A stretch of 64,000 nucleotides of DNA from contig CAXXHB010000003.1 of assembly GCA_963664815.2 (NCBI GenBank), forward strand, positions 768,001 through 832,000, given 5' to 3'. A program made the translations under genes and the position numbers. Shown in pieces: positions 48,757 to 59,663 of this stretch. The notes under the pieces are model-generated. The model was given only the letters and a program-made list of their open reading frames with translations, did not search any database and was not told where the DNA came from. The stretch is from Spirochaetota bacterium. Its GTDB lineage: Bacteria > Spirochaetota > UBA4802 > UBA5550. Position 1 is the first letter of the stretch; every line of letters starts with the position of its first letter.

Positions 48757-51153
48757 ATGAACAGAAAAGAATTCAGGGATTTTTTAAACCAAGGGCTTGT
48801 GATACTGGACGGTGCTACCGGCACGGAGCTTGCCAAACGTGGAATGCCGGGAGGAGTATGCCCGGAGTTGTGGTGTATTGAAAACCGCGAAGCTGTAAAG
48901 GATCTGCAGAATAAATATGCCTCCGCCGGGAGCAATTTGATCTATACTCCGACATTCGGAGGTAATGAGTGTAAACTCGCTGAATTCGGACTTGAAAACA
49001 GGTTCTATGAAATAAATTTTACACTTGCAGAGATGTCGAAAAGAAATGCCGGGGGTGCGCTTGTTTTCGGCGATATCGCCCCCACTGGAAGATTTGTTGA
49101 ACCTTTCGGCGATCTGTCATTTGAGGATGCTGTCATAGTTTTCAAGGAACAGGCAAAGGCCCTGCAGGATGGCGGAGTTGATGGCTTTGTTATTGAGACG
49201 ATGCTTGATATACAGGAGGCCAGGGCGGCGTTGATTGCCGTAAGGGAAATATGCGATCTACCGGTAATGGTAAGCATGACATATGAAAAAGACGGAAGAA
49301 CCTTAAACGGGACGGATCCGGTATCAGCGCTTATAACTCTTCAGTCTCTCGGTGCGGATGCTGTCGGGTGCAACTGCTCAACCGGCCCTTCGGATATGAT
49401 GAATATAATAAGAGAGATGAATATGTACGCGCGTGTTCCCCTTCTCGCAAAACCTAACGCGGGAATGCCGAAACTTGTTAACAGCGTTACTACGTTTGAT
49501 ATGGGGCATGAAGAGTTTGCCTCTTACGTGGATGATTTTATTGAGGCTGGAGCAAATCTTCTGGGGGGGTGCTGCGGCACAACGCCGGATCATATAGGTG
49601 CAGCTGCGGCAAAGGGGAGGGGCAAAAAGACTTTAACCCATTCCCCGGGTAGATTCTCCGCTGTTTCATCGGCCAGGAAGAGCGTGATAATAGGGGAAGG
49701 CAGGCCTCTGGCTGTTGTAGGGGAGAGGATTAACCCTACCGGAAAGAAGGCTCTGCAGGCTGAACTTCGTGAAGGAAAAACAGGAATAGTACAGGATTTT
49801 GCCCTGGAGCAGCAGCTGAAAGGGGCATCCATCCTTGATGTAAACATGGGTCTTTCAGGTATCGATGAAAAAGAGATGATGCTTAAAACCGTAAGATTGC
49901 TGTCGAGAACAAGTGATCTTCCGTTATGTATAGATTCGACAATTCCCGAGGTAGTGGAGGCTGCACTGAGCATATACCCCGGCCGGGCGCTTGTAAACTC
50001 TATCTCTGCCGAAAAGGAGAGAATTGAGAGAACCCTTCCCATCGCGGCAAAGTATGGTGCAATGTTTATACTGCTTCCCCTGAACGATGAGGGTATACCT
50101 GTCACGCTTCAGGAAAGAAAGGAAATAGTTGAATATATTCTGAGCGAGGGGGCAAAGTACGGATATACAAAAGATGACATAGTTGTTGATGGTCTTGTAA
50201 TGACAGTAAGCTCGGACAAAAATGCTGCTCTTATGACCCTTGACCTCATTGAATGGTGCTCAAGGGATCTCTCTGTGAATACAATATGCGGACTTTCTAA
50301 CGTTTCTTTCGGACTTCCCGCGAGAGAATGGATAAATTCGTCTTTTCTTGCAATGGCGGCATCGAGAGGGCTTACAATGGCTATTGCGAATCCATCGTCA
50401 GAGCAGCTGATGAATACCCTTTTCGCATGTAATGCGCTGTCATCGAGGGATAAAAATCTTGCCGGGTATGTTGATAGATTCTCCGGCAGCACTGAAAAAA
50501 CCGTGTCAGCTGATGTGAATATCTCCCCTGAAAGGCTGATTTTTGAATCTGTACTCCGCGGATGGGATGACAGGATTGAAGGTGCTGTAACTCTGGCCGT
50601 CAGTGCCGGTACTGATCCGCAGAAACTGGTTGATGAATTTTTAATTCCCGCCATAACGCTTGTGGGTGAAAAGTATGAAAGGAAGGAATATTTTCTTCCC
50701 CAGCTTATAATGAGCGCTGATACAATGAGAAAGGGTTTTGCCGTAATAGAACCGCTTCTTTCAAAAAAAGAGTCTTTCGGAAAAGCGTGTAAAATCGTAA
50801 TAGCAACAGTTAAAGGGGATATACACGATATAGGAAAGAACATCGTAACACTGATGCTGCGCAATTACGGGTTTGAGGTAGTTGATCTGGGGAAGGATGT
50901 TCCGGCAGAGATTATAATAGACAGGGCGTCTGAAGTTAATGCGGATATTGTTGCGCTCTCCGCTCTTATGACCACCACCATGACAGAAATGCCGGCAGTA
51001 ATAAACCTCGCGCGCAGCAGGGGACTTAAATTTAAGTTTATGATCGGCGGCGCCGTGGTTGACCAGAACTATGCGGACGAAATCGGCGCTGACAGCTATT
51101 CAATGGACGCCATGGATGCTGTAAAGCAGGCTAAGGTTCTGTCAAATGGATAA
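48757..51153 (+). CDS. metH: Cobalamin-dependent methionine synthase (Hcy, pterin, cap and B12 domains)
   Basis: LDGATGT, GCNCS.GP, KPNAG.P, GGCCGTTP, GERINPTGK, GLSNVSFG.P, TVKGDIHDIGKN, SALMTTT, GGA. Confidence 0.93.
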   Translation: MNRKEFRDFLNQGLVILDGATGTELAKRGMPGGVCPELWCIENREAVKDLQNKYASAGSNLIYTPTFGGNECKLAEFGLENRFYEINFTLAEMSKRNAGGALVFGDIAPTGRFVEPFGDLSFEDAVIVFKEQAKALQDGGVDGFVIETMLDIQEARAALIAVREICDLPVMVSMTYEKDGRTLNGTDPVSALITLQSLGADAVGCNCSTGPSDMMNIIREMNMYARVPLLAKPNAGMPKLVNSVTTFDMGHEEFASYVDDFIEAGANLLGGCCGTTPDHIGAAAAKGRGKKTLTHSPGRFSAVSSARKSVIIGEGRPLAVVGERINPTGKKALQAELREGKTGIVQDFALEQQLKGASILDVNMGLSGIDEKEMMLKTVRLLSRTSDLPLCIDSTIPEVVEAALSIYPGRALVNSISAEKERIERTLPIAAKYGAMFILLPLNDEGIPVTLQERKEIVEYILSEGAKYGYTKDDIVVDGLVMTVSSDKNAALMTLDLIEWCSRDLSVNTICGLSNVSFGLPAREWINSSFLAMAASRGLTMAIANPSSEQLMNTLFACNALSSRDKNLAGYVDRFSGSTEKTVSADVNISPERLIFESVLRGWDDRIEGAVTLAVSAGTDPQKLVDEFLIPAITLVGEKYERKEYFLPQLIMSADTMRKGFAVIEPLLSKKESFGKACKIVIATVKGDIHDIGKNIVTLMLRNYGFEVVDLGKDVPAEIIIDRASEVNADIVALSALMTTTMTEMPAVINLARSRGLKFKFMIGGAVVDQNYADEIGADSYSMDAMDAVKQAKVLSNG

Positions 51154-51252
51154 TCTAACCTGGCCGATTGTGTCAAAGTAATGGGCGGAAAGATTTTATA
51201 ATAATTTTCAACTCTCTATTGACAAATTAAATAGACTGCGGCATCTGAGTCT

Positions 51253-52170
51253 ATGAAAAACAGTTCAAACCTAAGGGGGGGATTTATTGTCCTTGCCTCG
51301 TACTGCCTGTGGGGGCTGCTTCCTGTCTACTGGAAGCTCCTGCAGCATATCAAGTCCAGCGAGATTGTAGCGCACAGGATCGTATGGTCTTTTGTCTTCA
51401 TGCTTCTTCTGATAATGTTTAAGTCTGCTCCGGGCACTATTGTTTCGGTTTTCAGAAATATTAAGCTTTTTGCGCTTGTTTCCGCCTGCTCATTCCTTGT
51501 ATCGATTAACTGGGCTGTATATATCTGGGCAGTAAACAGCGGTCACATGGTAGATGCAAGTATGGGATACTATATAAATCCTGTAGTTTCTGTTCTCCTG
51601 GCATTCTTCTTCCTGAAAGAGAATATCGGATGGGAGGGGTGGACAGCTGTCCTTTTCGCCCTTTCCGGTATCATTATAATGATAGTAAAAATCGGAAATG
51701 TTCCCTGGATTGCACTTATACTTTCATTCAGTTTTGCTCTCTATGGGCTGTTGAAAAAGATTCTCCCCGTTGATGCAATAACAGGTCTCTTTGTTGAAAC
51801 GGCAGTATCAGCGCCGGTTGCCATTCTGTATCTTGTTTATATAAATTGTTATTCAGGGAGCGGTCTCACATTCCATTCGGATGCCTTCACCTGGCTTCTT
51901 TTTGTTTTTGCAGGTGTAGTAACAGCTGTTCCTCTGCTTCTGTTTGGCATCGGAACACGGATGGTTTCACTATCAATAGCAGGATTCCTGCAATACGCAT
52001 CTCCGACATTGACGCTTCTGCTGGGAGTTTTTATCTACAGGGAACATGTGCCCGCCGGAAAGCTGTTCTCATTTGCTCTGATCTGGACCGGACTGGCAAT
52101 CTTTACTGCTGTGCGTATTATAAGGGGCGGGATATCAGGCAAATCTTCCGGGATAGAGGAACCGGTCTGA
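51253..52170 (+). CDS. rarD: EamA-family transporter RarD
   Basis: WGLLPVYWK, EIVAHRIVWS, NWAVYIWAVN.G..V.AS.GYYINP, GFLQY..PT. Confidence 0.9.
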   Translation: MKNSSNLRGGFIVLASYCLWGLLPVYWKLLQHIKSSEIVAHRIVWSFVFMLLLIMFKSAPGTIVSVFRNIKLFALVSACSFLVSINWAVYIWAVNSGHMVDASMGYYINPVVSVLLAFFFLKENIGWEGWTAVLFALSGIIIMIVKIGNVPWIALILSFSFALYGLLKKILPVDAITGLFVETAVSAPVAILYLVYINCYSGSGLTFHSDAFTWLLFVFAGVVTAVPLLLFGIGTRMVSLSIAGFLQYASPTLTLLLGVFIYREHVPAGKLFSFALIWTGLAIFTAVRIIRGGISGKSSGIEEPV

Positions 52171-52284
52171 TAGCACTTTTAAATTATGTCATTCTTTGAG
52201 TTTCTGATGATGTATTACCATCTCGTGCAGAGTTTGTTATAAAAAGCTGATTAAAACCAATGGAATGAGAAACTGTTATTTTAA

Positions 52285-52452
52285 GTAATACAGGCTACAG
52301 GCAAACCATTCACTGTAAAGATTACTGCAAAAACTATAATTCAGAAAGGTGCAGATAAATTGAAATTCAGTGATCTGAAAACCGGTATGCAGATTGAACT
52401 TGATTACAATAAGAAGAAAAAAGAAGCAGCCAGGATTTTTATTCTGGATTGA
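52285..52452 (+). pseudogene. Startless fragment of a small OB-fold-like (DUF5666-type) protein
   Basis: Hand translation ...GKPFTVKITAKTIIQKGADKLKFSDLKTGMQIELDY...AARIFILD*; in-frame stop upstream. Confidence 0.45.
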
Positions 52453-52627
52453 TGAAATATATTTCAGCAGAACATGCTTCCGGAGAGGCTCGCTCAGCAC
52501 TGATTATTCGTTTTCTGCCGGTGAGCGGAGCCGGAATAAAATTCCTTGACAAACCCCAATTTAAAGTGTAAGAATTCAATATTTATAAAACCGATGTATA
52601 CATTTTAAGGATGGTGATACTTGCCTC

Positions 52628-54211
52628 ATGAAAACAATAAAATTTCTTCTGTTTTCCATGATCATATGCCTTCTTCTGGCGCAATCCGCGTTTCCAGCTT
52701 CAGGGAGAAACGCAAATATCCTGGTTTATCCCTTTGAATATAATGGTGATTCGAAATATTCCTGGATTTCATCCGGTCTTACCGACACTGTAATTTCAGA
52801 TCTGGGAAGAATAAAGGGGATAAATGTTTTCTCCGATGACGACCGCAAAAGAACCATAAAAGAGATGGAGCTTGGAATGACAGGGCTCTTCAACGAAAGC
52901 ACAGTTGTCAAAGTCGGGAATGTAATGGGGGCGAACATAATTTTTCTGGGGAGTCTTCAGGTGGCAGGGGATAAAATCCGTGTTAACGCGAAGCTCGTTA
53001 ATGTGGAGACGTCAAAAATTGAAAAAACCATCAAGATCGACGGTACAATGGATCAGATTTTTGAACTGCAGGACAAAGTTGTGCTGGGTCTTCTTGCAGA
53101 AACCGAGAAAGTCAATATTGCAGATGTCAAACCGGTGGTTGTTGATGACAAGGATAAAAGCAGGATCACCAATAAATATAAGCCTGGAAAGGATGCTTAC
53201 GAACTCTACGCGAACGGGCTCAGGATAATGGGGAGCGATCCGAAGGGTGCCCTGGATTACTTTAACAAAGCCATTAATATATCACCGGAATATACGGCAG
53301 CTTTGAGCATGGCCGGTGTGGTATCCGGTTCAACCTTGACAAGGTTTAAAGAGGGGCTTGAGTATATGACCGCTGCGGAAAAGGTTTTAATCAGCAGGGG
53401 TGATGAAAAGACAGATGAGTACGCGGCGCTCATGATAAACACCGGTATTGTGTATAACTCCAAAGGCGAGCCGGATAGGGCCCTTGAGTATTACGACAGG
53501 GCTGAAAAGATAATGATTAACCTTAACAGGCAGGAGAGCGCCACGTATGCCTCGCTTATGACCGGCATCTGCAACGCCTATATAGCAAAAAATTCGCATG
53601 ACAGAGCTCTTGAATTCTGCAGCAAATCGCGGGAGATCAGAGAGAGGCTGAAGATGCAGAACAGTTCGGCATATGCCACACTGATGGTTAATATCGGTAT
53701 TATTTATAAAGCCAAAGGTGACTTTGACAGGTCTCTTGATTATTACAGTAAATCAGAAGCACTGATGGGTAAACTGGGAATGAATGGCACTACTGCCTAT
53801 GCCACACTTATGATGGATGAGGGAAATGTCTATTATTCAAAAAAAGATTTTGACAAAAGCCTTGAATATTACAATAAATCTGGAGAGGTTAGGGATAAAC
53901 TGGGGCTGCATGATTCGGCCGGATATGCAGATCTCCTGAATAACATCGGGCTGGTTTATTATGCGAAAGGAGATTTTGACAGGGCTCTTGAAAATTACAG
54001 CAAGGCTGTGGAAAAGAAGGAAAAGCTGGGCGTACAGAAGAGTGTCGGTTACGGAAACATCCTGTTTAATACAGCTGTCATATATCACAAAAAAGGGAAC
54101 AGTAAAATGGCAGGGGAATACTATCGTAAATCCTCTGAAATATATAAATCCTGCGGACTGAATTCCAAAGCGGAGAACGCCCTTAAAAAAGCTAAGGAAC
54201 TTGGATTCTGA
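52628..54211 (+). CDS. Exported protein with TolB-N/CsgG-like domain and 42-aa TPR repeats
   Basis: Signal peptide; ILVYPF, W.S.GL.D....DL, G..MGA..I..GS.Q.....IR.NA.LV.VET; six Y..L..N.G..Y..KG..D.ALEYY repeats. Confidence 0.88.
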   Translation: MKTIKFLLFSMIICLLLAQSAFPASGRNANILVYPFEYNGDSKYSWISSGLTDTVISDLGRIKGINVFSDDDRKRTIKEMELGMTGLFNESTVVKVGNVMGANIIFLGSLQVAGDKIRVNAKLVNVETSKIEKTIKIDGTMDQIFELQDKVVLGLLAETEKVNIADVKPVVVDDKDKSRITNKYKPGKDAYELYANGLRIMGSDPKGALDYFNKAINISPEYTAALSMAGVVSGSTLTRFKEGLEYMTAAEKVLISRGDEKTDEYAALMINTGIVYNSKGEPDRALEYYDRAEKIMINLNRQESATYASLMTGICNAYIAKNSHDRALEFCSKSREIRERLKMQNSSAYATLMVNIGIIYKAKGDFDRSLDYYSKSEALMGKLGMNGTTAYATLMMDEGNVYYSKKDFDKSLEYYNKSGEVRDKLGLHDSAGYADLLNNIGLVYYAKGDFDRALENYSKAVEKKEKLGVQKSVGYGNILFNTAVIYHKKGNSKMAGEYYRKSSEIYKSCGLNSKAENALKKAKELGF

Positions 54212-54349
54212 TTATGAAGAGGCGTCACATGAAATTTCCAGGCAGGATGGAACTTTTGCTCGCTTGTTGATCAAAGGAATCATGTCTGTGAGGTTCAGAC
54301 CACAGGATAGAAATTTGATTGATAGTGGCGGGTTGAAGAAGCCTGTGTT

Positions 54350-55969
54350 TCAGCCTTCAGCCGTAAAAAGTTCAAGTGTCTCTTTCAGTATCTCCTTAAC
54401 GTTGCCGGCTTCAGATGAGTTCATTATTGCCGCGACAGGTTTAAGCCTTATGGTATAGTCTGCAGAGAGCTTTATCCTGAACTTTGAGATATCCTTCGTT
54501 ACCGCAAGTTCAATGTTTTCTGCTTCCTTCAGATCTATCCCGGGGAGAATCATTCCTATTTTCCCATTCTGCAGAAAAAGCTCGTGCGCTTCACCGGATG
54601 ATTTTTTTATTACAGGGTATATGATTTTAAGTACTGTGTTTTTCTGTTCTTTTTCGATGTCGATATCACGGAAAATATCTATCAGAAGCAGATAAAATCC
54701 GGTCCCGATCTTCTGCGCAGAGTAGATCTGTTCTGAAAGTTTCATATTGAAATATGATGCGCTGTAAAAACCGGTTTCTCGGTCTACTATTACATTGTTG
54801 ATTACAAGAAACTCCTTTATATCCTTTGATATGTCTTTTACCGCTCCCTGTATTTTGCCTATGTCGAGAGAACCGGCTGAGTCCTTAAGTCTTATCTCAA
54901 TCATCCCGAGAAGCGATTCATCATCAATAAGCGGTATGCGGATAATTTTTCCGTCATCAATAATATGTGCCCCGTATCTTTTACTGTTTTCCAGCTCGGA
55001 AATCTTTATATTATCAAACAGCGATGAGTCTATGCGGAGAAAAGTCTTCTCTTTAAGTTCGTATGTTTTGGACAGACGCCCCTCCATCTTTTTAATGTAT
55101 AATGCTATTGAATCAGGTTTAAGCTCTTTATGAAGCTGTTTAAACAGCTCGAAGATTCTCGAGTTAAGGGCATCGTTAACCATCTCTTTTTCCGGTCTGT
55201 TATTGCGGATCATTTCGTTGCTGTTTCTGTCGGTGCCGGTTCCGATTATCGGTGATAGTTCGTTCTCATCTATCTGATCTGCAGCTGGTGATTTTCTCCC
55301 TGATGGTTTCTTTGAATTGTAAGCTTCGAAAGACTCTGTTTTTTTCGCTCCAAGAATTATAGTCTTAACATTCGCATCTTCAGCTATACCCTTCTTTCTG
55401 AGAAATGAAAGTACAACTCCGGTAAGCATAAATGAAAAGCACATAAGCAGCAGTACCTCCAGGGCCAGCCGCACTACTGTTTTTCTCTCCGGTTTGAATG
55501 CAAATACAGCATAGGTTTTCTGTCCCTCTGAAGCAAATGGATATATGTAAAACCTGTCATCTCCACCCTTGCCGTTGTTATAGTTTCTTACGTAGGGTTC
55601 CTTTCTCCCTTCCGAAGTAAAGCTTCTCATCCTGATATCTTCCATGAGAAGATCAACAATTGTCCCGGATTTGATAATGGCGTCATTTTTAATGAGATAC
55701 TTTAATTTATCGGATTTATCTGTAAGTATAAGCGCAGCCGCTGACGGTTCCCTGTCCATAATACCGTTGAATATCTTTTTTACTTTTTCCTGATCTGGTG
55801 ATTCTTCACGGTTCAGCATCTCTGCTGCGGGTTTTATCATTTCGGATTTAGTGATTATTCCGTTAATATATTTTTTCTCTACGCTGGCTGAACGTAAGAT
55901 ATAATATGGAATCAGAGTTATTGCTGATAGTAATGTGAATATGGCAATATTTCTCAATTTATTTTTCAT
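54350..55969 (-). CDS. Two-TM membrane protein with GAF-like and degenerate GGDEF-like C-terminus
   Basis: IPL......LG.I; DRETGFYSASYF and LLLIDI present, but no GGDEF motif. Confidence 0.6.
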   Translation of the reverse strand: MKNKLRNIAIFTLLSAITLIPYYILRSASVEKKYINGIITKSEMIKPAAEMLNREESPDQEKVKKIFNGIMDREPSAAALILTDKSDKLKYLIKNDAIIKSGTIVDLLMEDIRMRSFTSEGRKEPYVRNYNNGKGGDDRFYIYPFASEGQKTYAVFAFKPERKTVVRLALEVLLLMCFSFMLTGVVLSFLRKKGIAEDANVKTIILGAKKTESFEAYNSKKPSGRKSPAADQIDENELSPIIGTGTDRNSNEMIRNNRPEKEMVNDALNSRIFELFKQLHKELKPDSIALYIKKMEGRLSKTYELKEKTFLRIDSSLFDNIKISELENSKRYGAHIIDDGKIIRIPLIDDESLLGMIEIRLKDSAGSLDIGKIQGAVKDISKDIKEFLVINNVIVDRETGFYSASYFNMKLSEQIYSAQKIGTGFYLLLIDIFRDIDIEKEQKNTVLKIIYPVIKKSSGEAHELFLQNGKIGMILPGIDLKEAENIELAVTKDISKFRIKLSADYTIRLKPVAAIMNSSEAGNVKEILKETLELFTAEG

Positions 55970-56246
55970 TTATCACCTGCCGGATTTCCTTATTTCATTT
56001 TCGGTATCGGCGTAAAAGGTGTGAATACTATTTTTCTGCAATATGAAAAAGTACCGTGAATCCGGCCATATTATGCAGAACTTTTATGAGTTGCTCGGAA
56101 AAATACCTGTATAGCAAATTTTTTTCCTCTTCCGGTGGTTTTTTTTGTATTATTGTCTTACATTCAATCTTTATCGGTTTTTCAGGTATATTGGCGATAA
56201 GTGAAAATACAAATATCAGTGATAATGATAATCAGGGAGATCAAAG

Positions 56247-58166
56247 ATGAAAATTTTTGATAAATTTAAAAGTTTCTCCATAGGGAGAAAACTTATGATA
56301 ATTCAGGCCGGATCTATTGTCTGTATGATTATTATACTTGCATTTGCCGCCGGAATAATAATCAAGAAACAGTTCACCGGCGGAGGCATAGCAGAGTTAA
56401 ACAATCTTAACGGGCGTATCATTGATATGATTGACGTTTATGACATGAAACTGAAATGGGAGGCTGTATCCCTGAGTAATGTTCTTTCCAGGTACAGCCC
56501 GGGGGGGAACAGCCTCAGCCTATCACAGGAGTCCATTGACCGCTTTACGGATGTTACAGGGGCAGTGGCAACGCTTTTTGTCAGAAAAGGTGACGATTTT
56601 CTCCGAACGGCAACATCTCTCAAGAAGGAGAACGGCTCCCGTGCAGTAGGCACATTTCTTGATCATAATCACCCGGGTTACAAAAAGGTACTGGCAGGTG
56701 AGACCTATACGGGGACTGCTGTTCTTTTCGGGCGCAACTACATGACACACTACAGTCCCATCAGGAACGGAAATCAGGTCGTGGGAATTCAGTTTATAGG
56801 GGTTGATTTTACCGAGGGTGTCAGGAACCTGAAAGAGAAAATAAGGGCTATAAATATCGGTAAGAGCGGGTATGTCTATGTAATTGAAGACGCTAAAAGC
56901 AAGGAGCCGGGTAGATGTGCTGTACATAAATATATAAAAAATGAAGGGACAAATATGTCAGACCTGAAAGATGCCGATGGACGTTCTTTCATTAAAGAGA
57001 TGATGAGTAAAGGTAACGGAGTTATTGATTATAACTGGCTTGATGCAGAAAAAAAAGCGGATGCACCGAGAAGGAAACTCGCATCGTTTTCATCTTATGA
57101 CAGCTGGAACTGGATAATTGTTTCCGGGTCATATTTTGATGAATTGATATCGCAGGGTTATGTTCTGCGTAACTATATTTTTGTAATTCTTATATTCTGC
57201 TCGATATTGATGCTTCTGCTGCTTTATATATCGATTAAGAGGATTATTCTTTTACGTTTCAGGAAACTGACAGAACTGCTTGGAAACATATCAAGCGGCG
57301 AAGGCGATCTGACTATGCGTCTTGAATTTGAAGAAAAAGATGAAATCGGAGATATTGCCGGATTGTTCAATAAATTCATAGGAGACTTTGAAAGGATGAT
57401 ATCCGACATTAAATCGGCCTGTACAGGGCTTGAACAGTCGGTGAATAATATACGTGAGGGGAATCTGAATCTTTCTGAACGGACTTCCGAACAGGCGGCG
57501 AATATTGAGGGAATTGTATCGATCCTTGAGGAAACTACGGCATCCATAGAAAAAAGCGCTGAAACCGCGCTGCAGGCCAAACTCATTACCGAGGGCGGAG
57601 CAGAGAAGGCTTCGGCGGGTAATGAAACTTCACACCGGGCGGTAGAGGCTATAAATGATATAAGCAGTTCCAGTAAAAAAATAGAAGAGACAATAAATGT
57701 TATTAATGAAATTTCCTTCCAGACCAACCTGCTTGCTCTTAATGCTGCAGTGGAAGCCGCCCGGGCAGGGGAGCAGGGGAGAGGATTTGCCGTTGTTGCG
57801 GGTGAAGTAAGAAATCTGGCTCAGCGTTCGGCGGTAGCCTCAAAGGAGATCGCGGAAATTATAAATGAATCGATATCACGTGTAGGGCATGGGACAGTAA
57901 TGGTTAAGGATACAGGGGAGAGGCTTACGGAAATTGTCAAGTCATCAAATCAGATAGTTTCGCTCATTTCGGATATAAGCGTCGCGTCAGAGGAACAGAA
58001 AAACAGCATTATCGGTATCAATAAGTCGGTTTCATCTCTTGATATAATGACCCAGCAGAATGCCGCGCTGGTTGAAGAGACAGCCGGCGCATCTGATGAA
58101 ATGGCGGAGAGGACAAAAGACCTTGTTAAGCTTATAGGAAGATTTAAAATTAATGCCCTGAGTTAG
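56247..58166 (+). CDS. Methyl-accepting chemotaxis protein with Cache domains
   Basis: VATLFVR.GDDF.R..TSL...G.RAVGT.L; HAMP DEIG.IA..FN.F; [27 protein letters not shown]. Confidence 0.95.
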   Translation: MKIFDKFKSFSIGRKLMIIQAGSIVCMIIILAFAAGIIIKKQFTGGGIAELNNLNGRIIDMIDVYDMKLKWEAVSLSNVLSRYSPGGNSLSLSQESIDRFTDVTGAVATLFVRKGDDFLRTATSLKKENGSRAVGTFLDHNHPGYKKVLAGETYTGTAVLFGRNYMTHYSPIRNGNQVVGIQFIGVDFTEGVRNLKEKIRAINIGKSGYVYVIEDAKSKEPGRCAVHKYIKNEGTNMSDLKDADGRSFIKEMMSKGNGVIDYNWLDAEKKADAPRRKLASFSSYDSWNWIIVSGSYFDELISQGYVLRNYIFVILIFCSILMLLLLYISIKRIILLRFRKLTELLGNISSGEGDLTMRLEFEEKDEIGDIAGLFNKFIGDFERMISDIKSACTGLEQSVNNIREGNLNLSERTSEQAANIEGIVSILEETTASIEKSAETALQAKLITEGGAEKASAGNETSHRAVEAINDISSSSKKIEETINVINEISFQTNLLALNAAVEAARAGEQGRGFAVVAGEVRNLAQRSAVASKEIAEIINESISRVGHGTVMVKDTGERLTEIVKSSNQIVSLISDISVASEEQKNSIIGINKSVSSLDIMTQQNAALVEETAGASDEMAERTKDLVKLIGRFKINALS

Positions 58167-58241
58167 GCTCTTTTATATCATTCTCCTCTCCTGAAAGGAT
58201 TGAGTTTGATAATAAGACTTGTATCTGATTCAAATAAAGAT

Positions 58242-59198
58242 CTAAACCAGATTTATCTCTTTCCCATCAATGAATTCCCTGATATTACATGCAATTTCAT
58301 TTACAAGTCTTCTTCGGGATTCAATGCTTGCCCAGCCTATATGAGGGGTTATGATGAGGTTTGGGGCTTTCAGCAGCGGATCCTCCTTATGAGGGGGTTC
58401 TTTTTCCATAACGTCAATGGCGGCTCCGGCAATTGAACCTGTTTCAAGGGCGCGGCACAGCGCGGCCGGTTCCACTATGGGGCCGCGTGCCATATTAATA
58501 AGAAATGCTCTCCTTTTCATCCGGGCCAGAAATTCACTGTTGACAAGGTATCTGGAGTATTCTGTAAGAGGCATATGTATTGAGATAAAATCGGACTGTT
58601 CCGCAAGATCGCAGAGGCCGAGTCTGGGGCAGAGGCTTTCTGCTGCCCCCTCCTCACGTTTAAGCGCGACTGCTCTCATTCCGAATGCCGAACATAATTT
58701 CGCCACCTCTTTGCCGATTGCGCCGAGTCCCATGATGCCGATGGTTTTCCCCTCGAGATCTGAAAATGGGAATGTACCCAGGGAAAAAATATCAGATCTG
58801 CTCCAGCTTCCGTCATGCGAGGCGTTGTTGTACTTTACAAGGTTAGTGGAGAGGGCCAGTATAAATGCCATTGTAAGCTGTGCAACGGTTTTTGTGGAGT
58901 AACCGGGGACATTGGCCACTGAAATACCCATCTTCTTTGCGGCAGCAACATCTATATTGTTGTAACCTGTTGCCGCCTCGGCAATCATTTTAAGACTGCT
59001 GCACTGCAGCAGCAGGGGTGCATCGATAACCACCTTGTTTGTTATTATAATATCCGCCTCAATACACCTGCCGGTTATCTCAGCCGGCGAAGTTGTTTTG
59101 TAGCATGTAAGATCACCGATTGCGTCTATTGCAGAAAAATCGATATCGCCATAATCAACAGTTGATGAGTCAAGAAAAACAATCTTCTTTTTTGTCAT
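58242..59198 (-). CDS. D-2-hydroxyacid dehydrogenase (glycerate dehydrogenase-like)
   Basis: TNKV, ATGYNNID, GIMGLGAIG, INMARG, DV.E.EPP, TPHIGWAS. Confidence 0.92.
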   Translation of the reverse strand: MTKKKIVFLDSSTVDYGDIDFSAIDAIGDLTCYKTTSPAEITGRCIEADIIITNKVVIDAPLLLQCSSLKMIAEAATGYNNIDVAAAKKMGISVANVPGYSTKTVAQLTMAFILALSTNLVKYNNASHDGSWSRSDIFSLGTFPFSDLEGKTIGIMGLGAIGKEVAKLCSAFGMRAVALKREEGAAESLCPRLGLCDLAEQSDFISIHMPLTEYSRYLVNSEFLARMKRRAFLINMARGPIVEPAALCRALETGSIAGAAIDVMEKEPPHKEDPLLKAPNLIITPHIGWASIESRRRLVNEIACNIREFIDGKEINLV

Positions 59199-59663
59199 AT
59201 ATTACCCCGCTTTTAGCTGTCTCTTTTTTGCTTTCGTATAAACCGTCATGTGCATCTTTTTATATAATGTATAAAATACCTGTTTTTAAAATAAAGAAAG
59301 ATTTTAAAATTTTAATTTTAATCATATGCCAGGGTTACAGTTTAAAATAACTTCAATCACTTTTATCTACCTGTAACCTGTTTTTTAATAAAATGCCCGG
59401 ATTATATGTTTTTTAAATCGCTGCGATTATAAAATCCCTTTTCAAAAAATCAGGAAGTGGCTTTTTTAAGATAATACACTGACGCTATTTTAGTTTATAT
59501 GAAAAAATTATTTTGCTGGACAAAACCGGTTGGATGCCTTATAAGTAGGAAAAAAGATTGTTAATCCCTGGTAACCGGTCTAAAATTAGTGCAGTTAGGC
59601 TTATTACAGGTAATTTCAGCATAAATAATGAAATATTATTAATACTAAATCAGAAGGTTAATT

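Noticed and set aside
54201-54458. 85-aa ORF
   Set aside because: TTG start inside the TPR gene end and antisense overlap with 54350..55969
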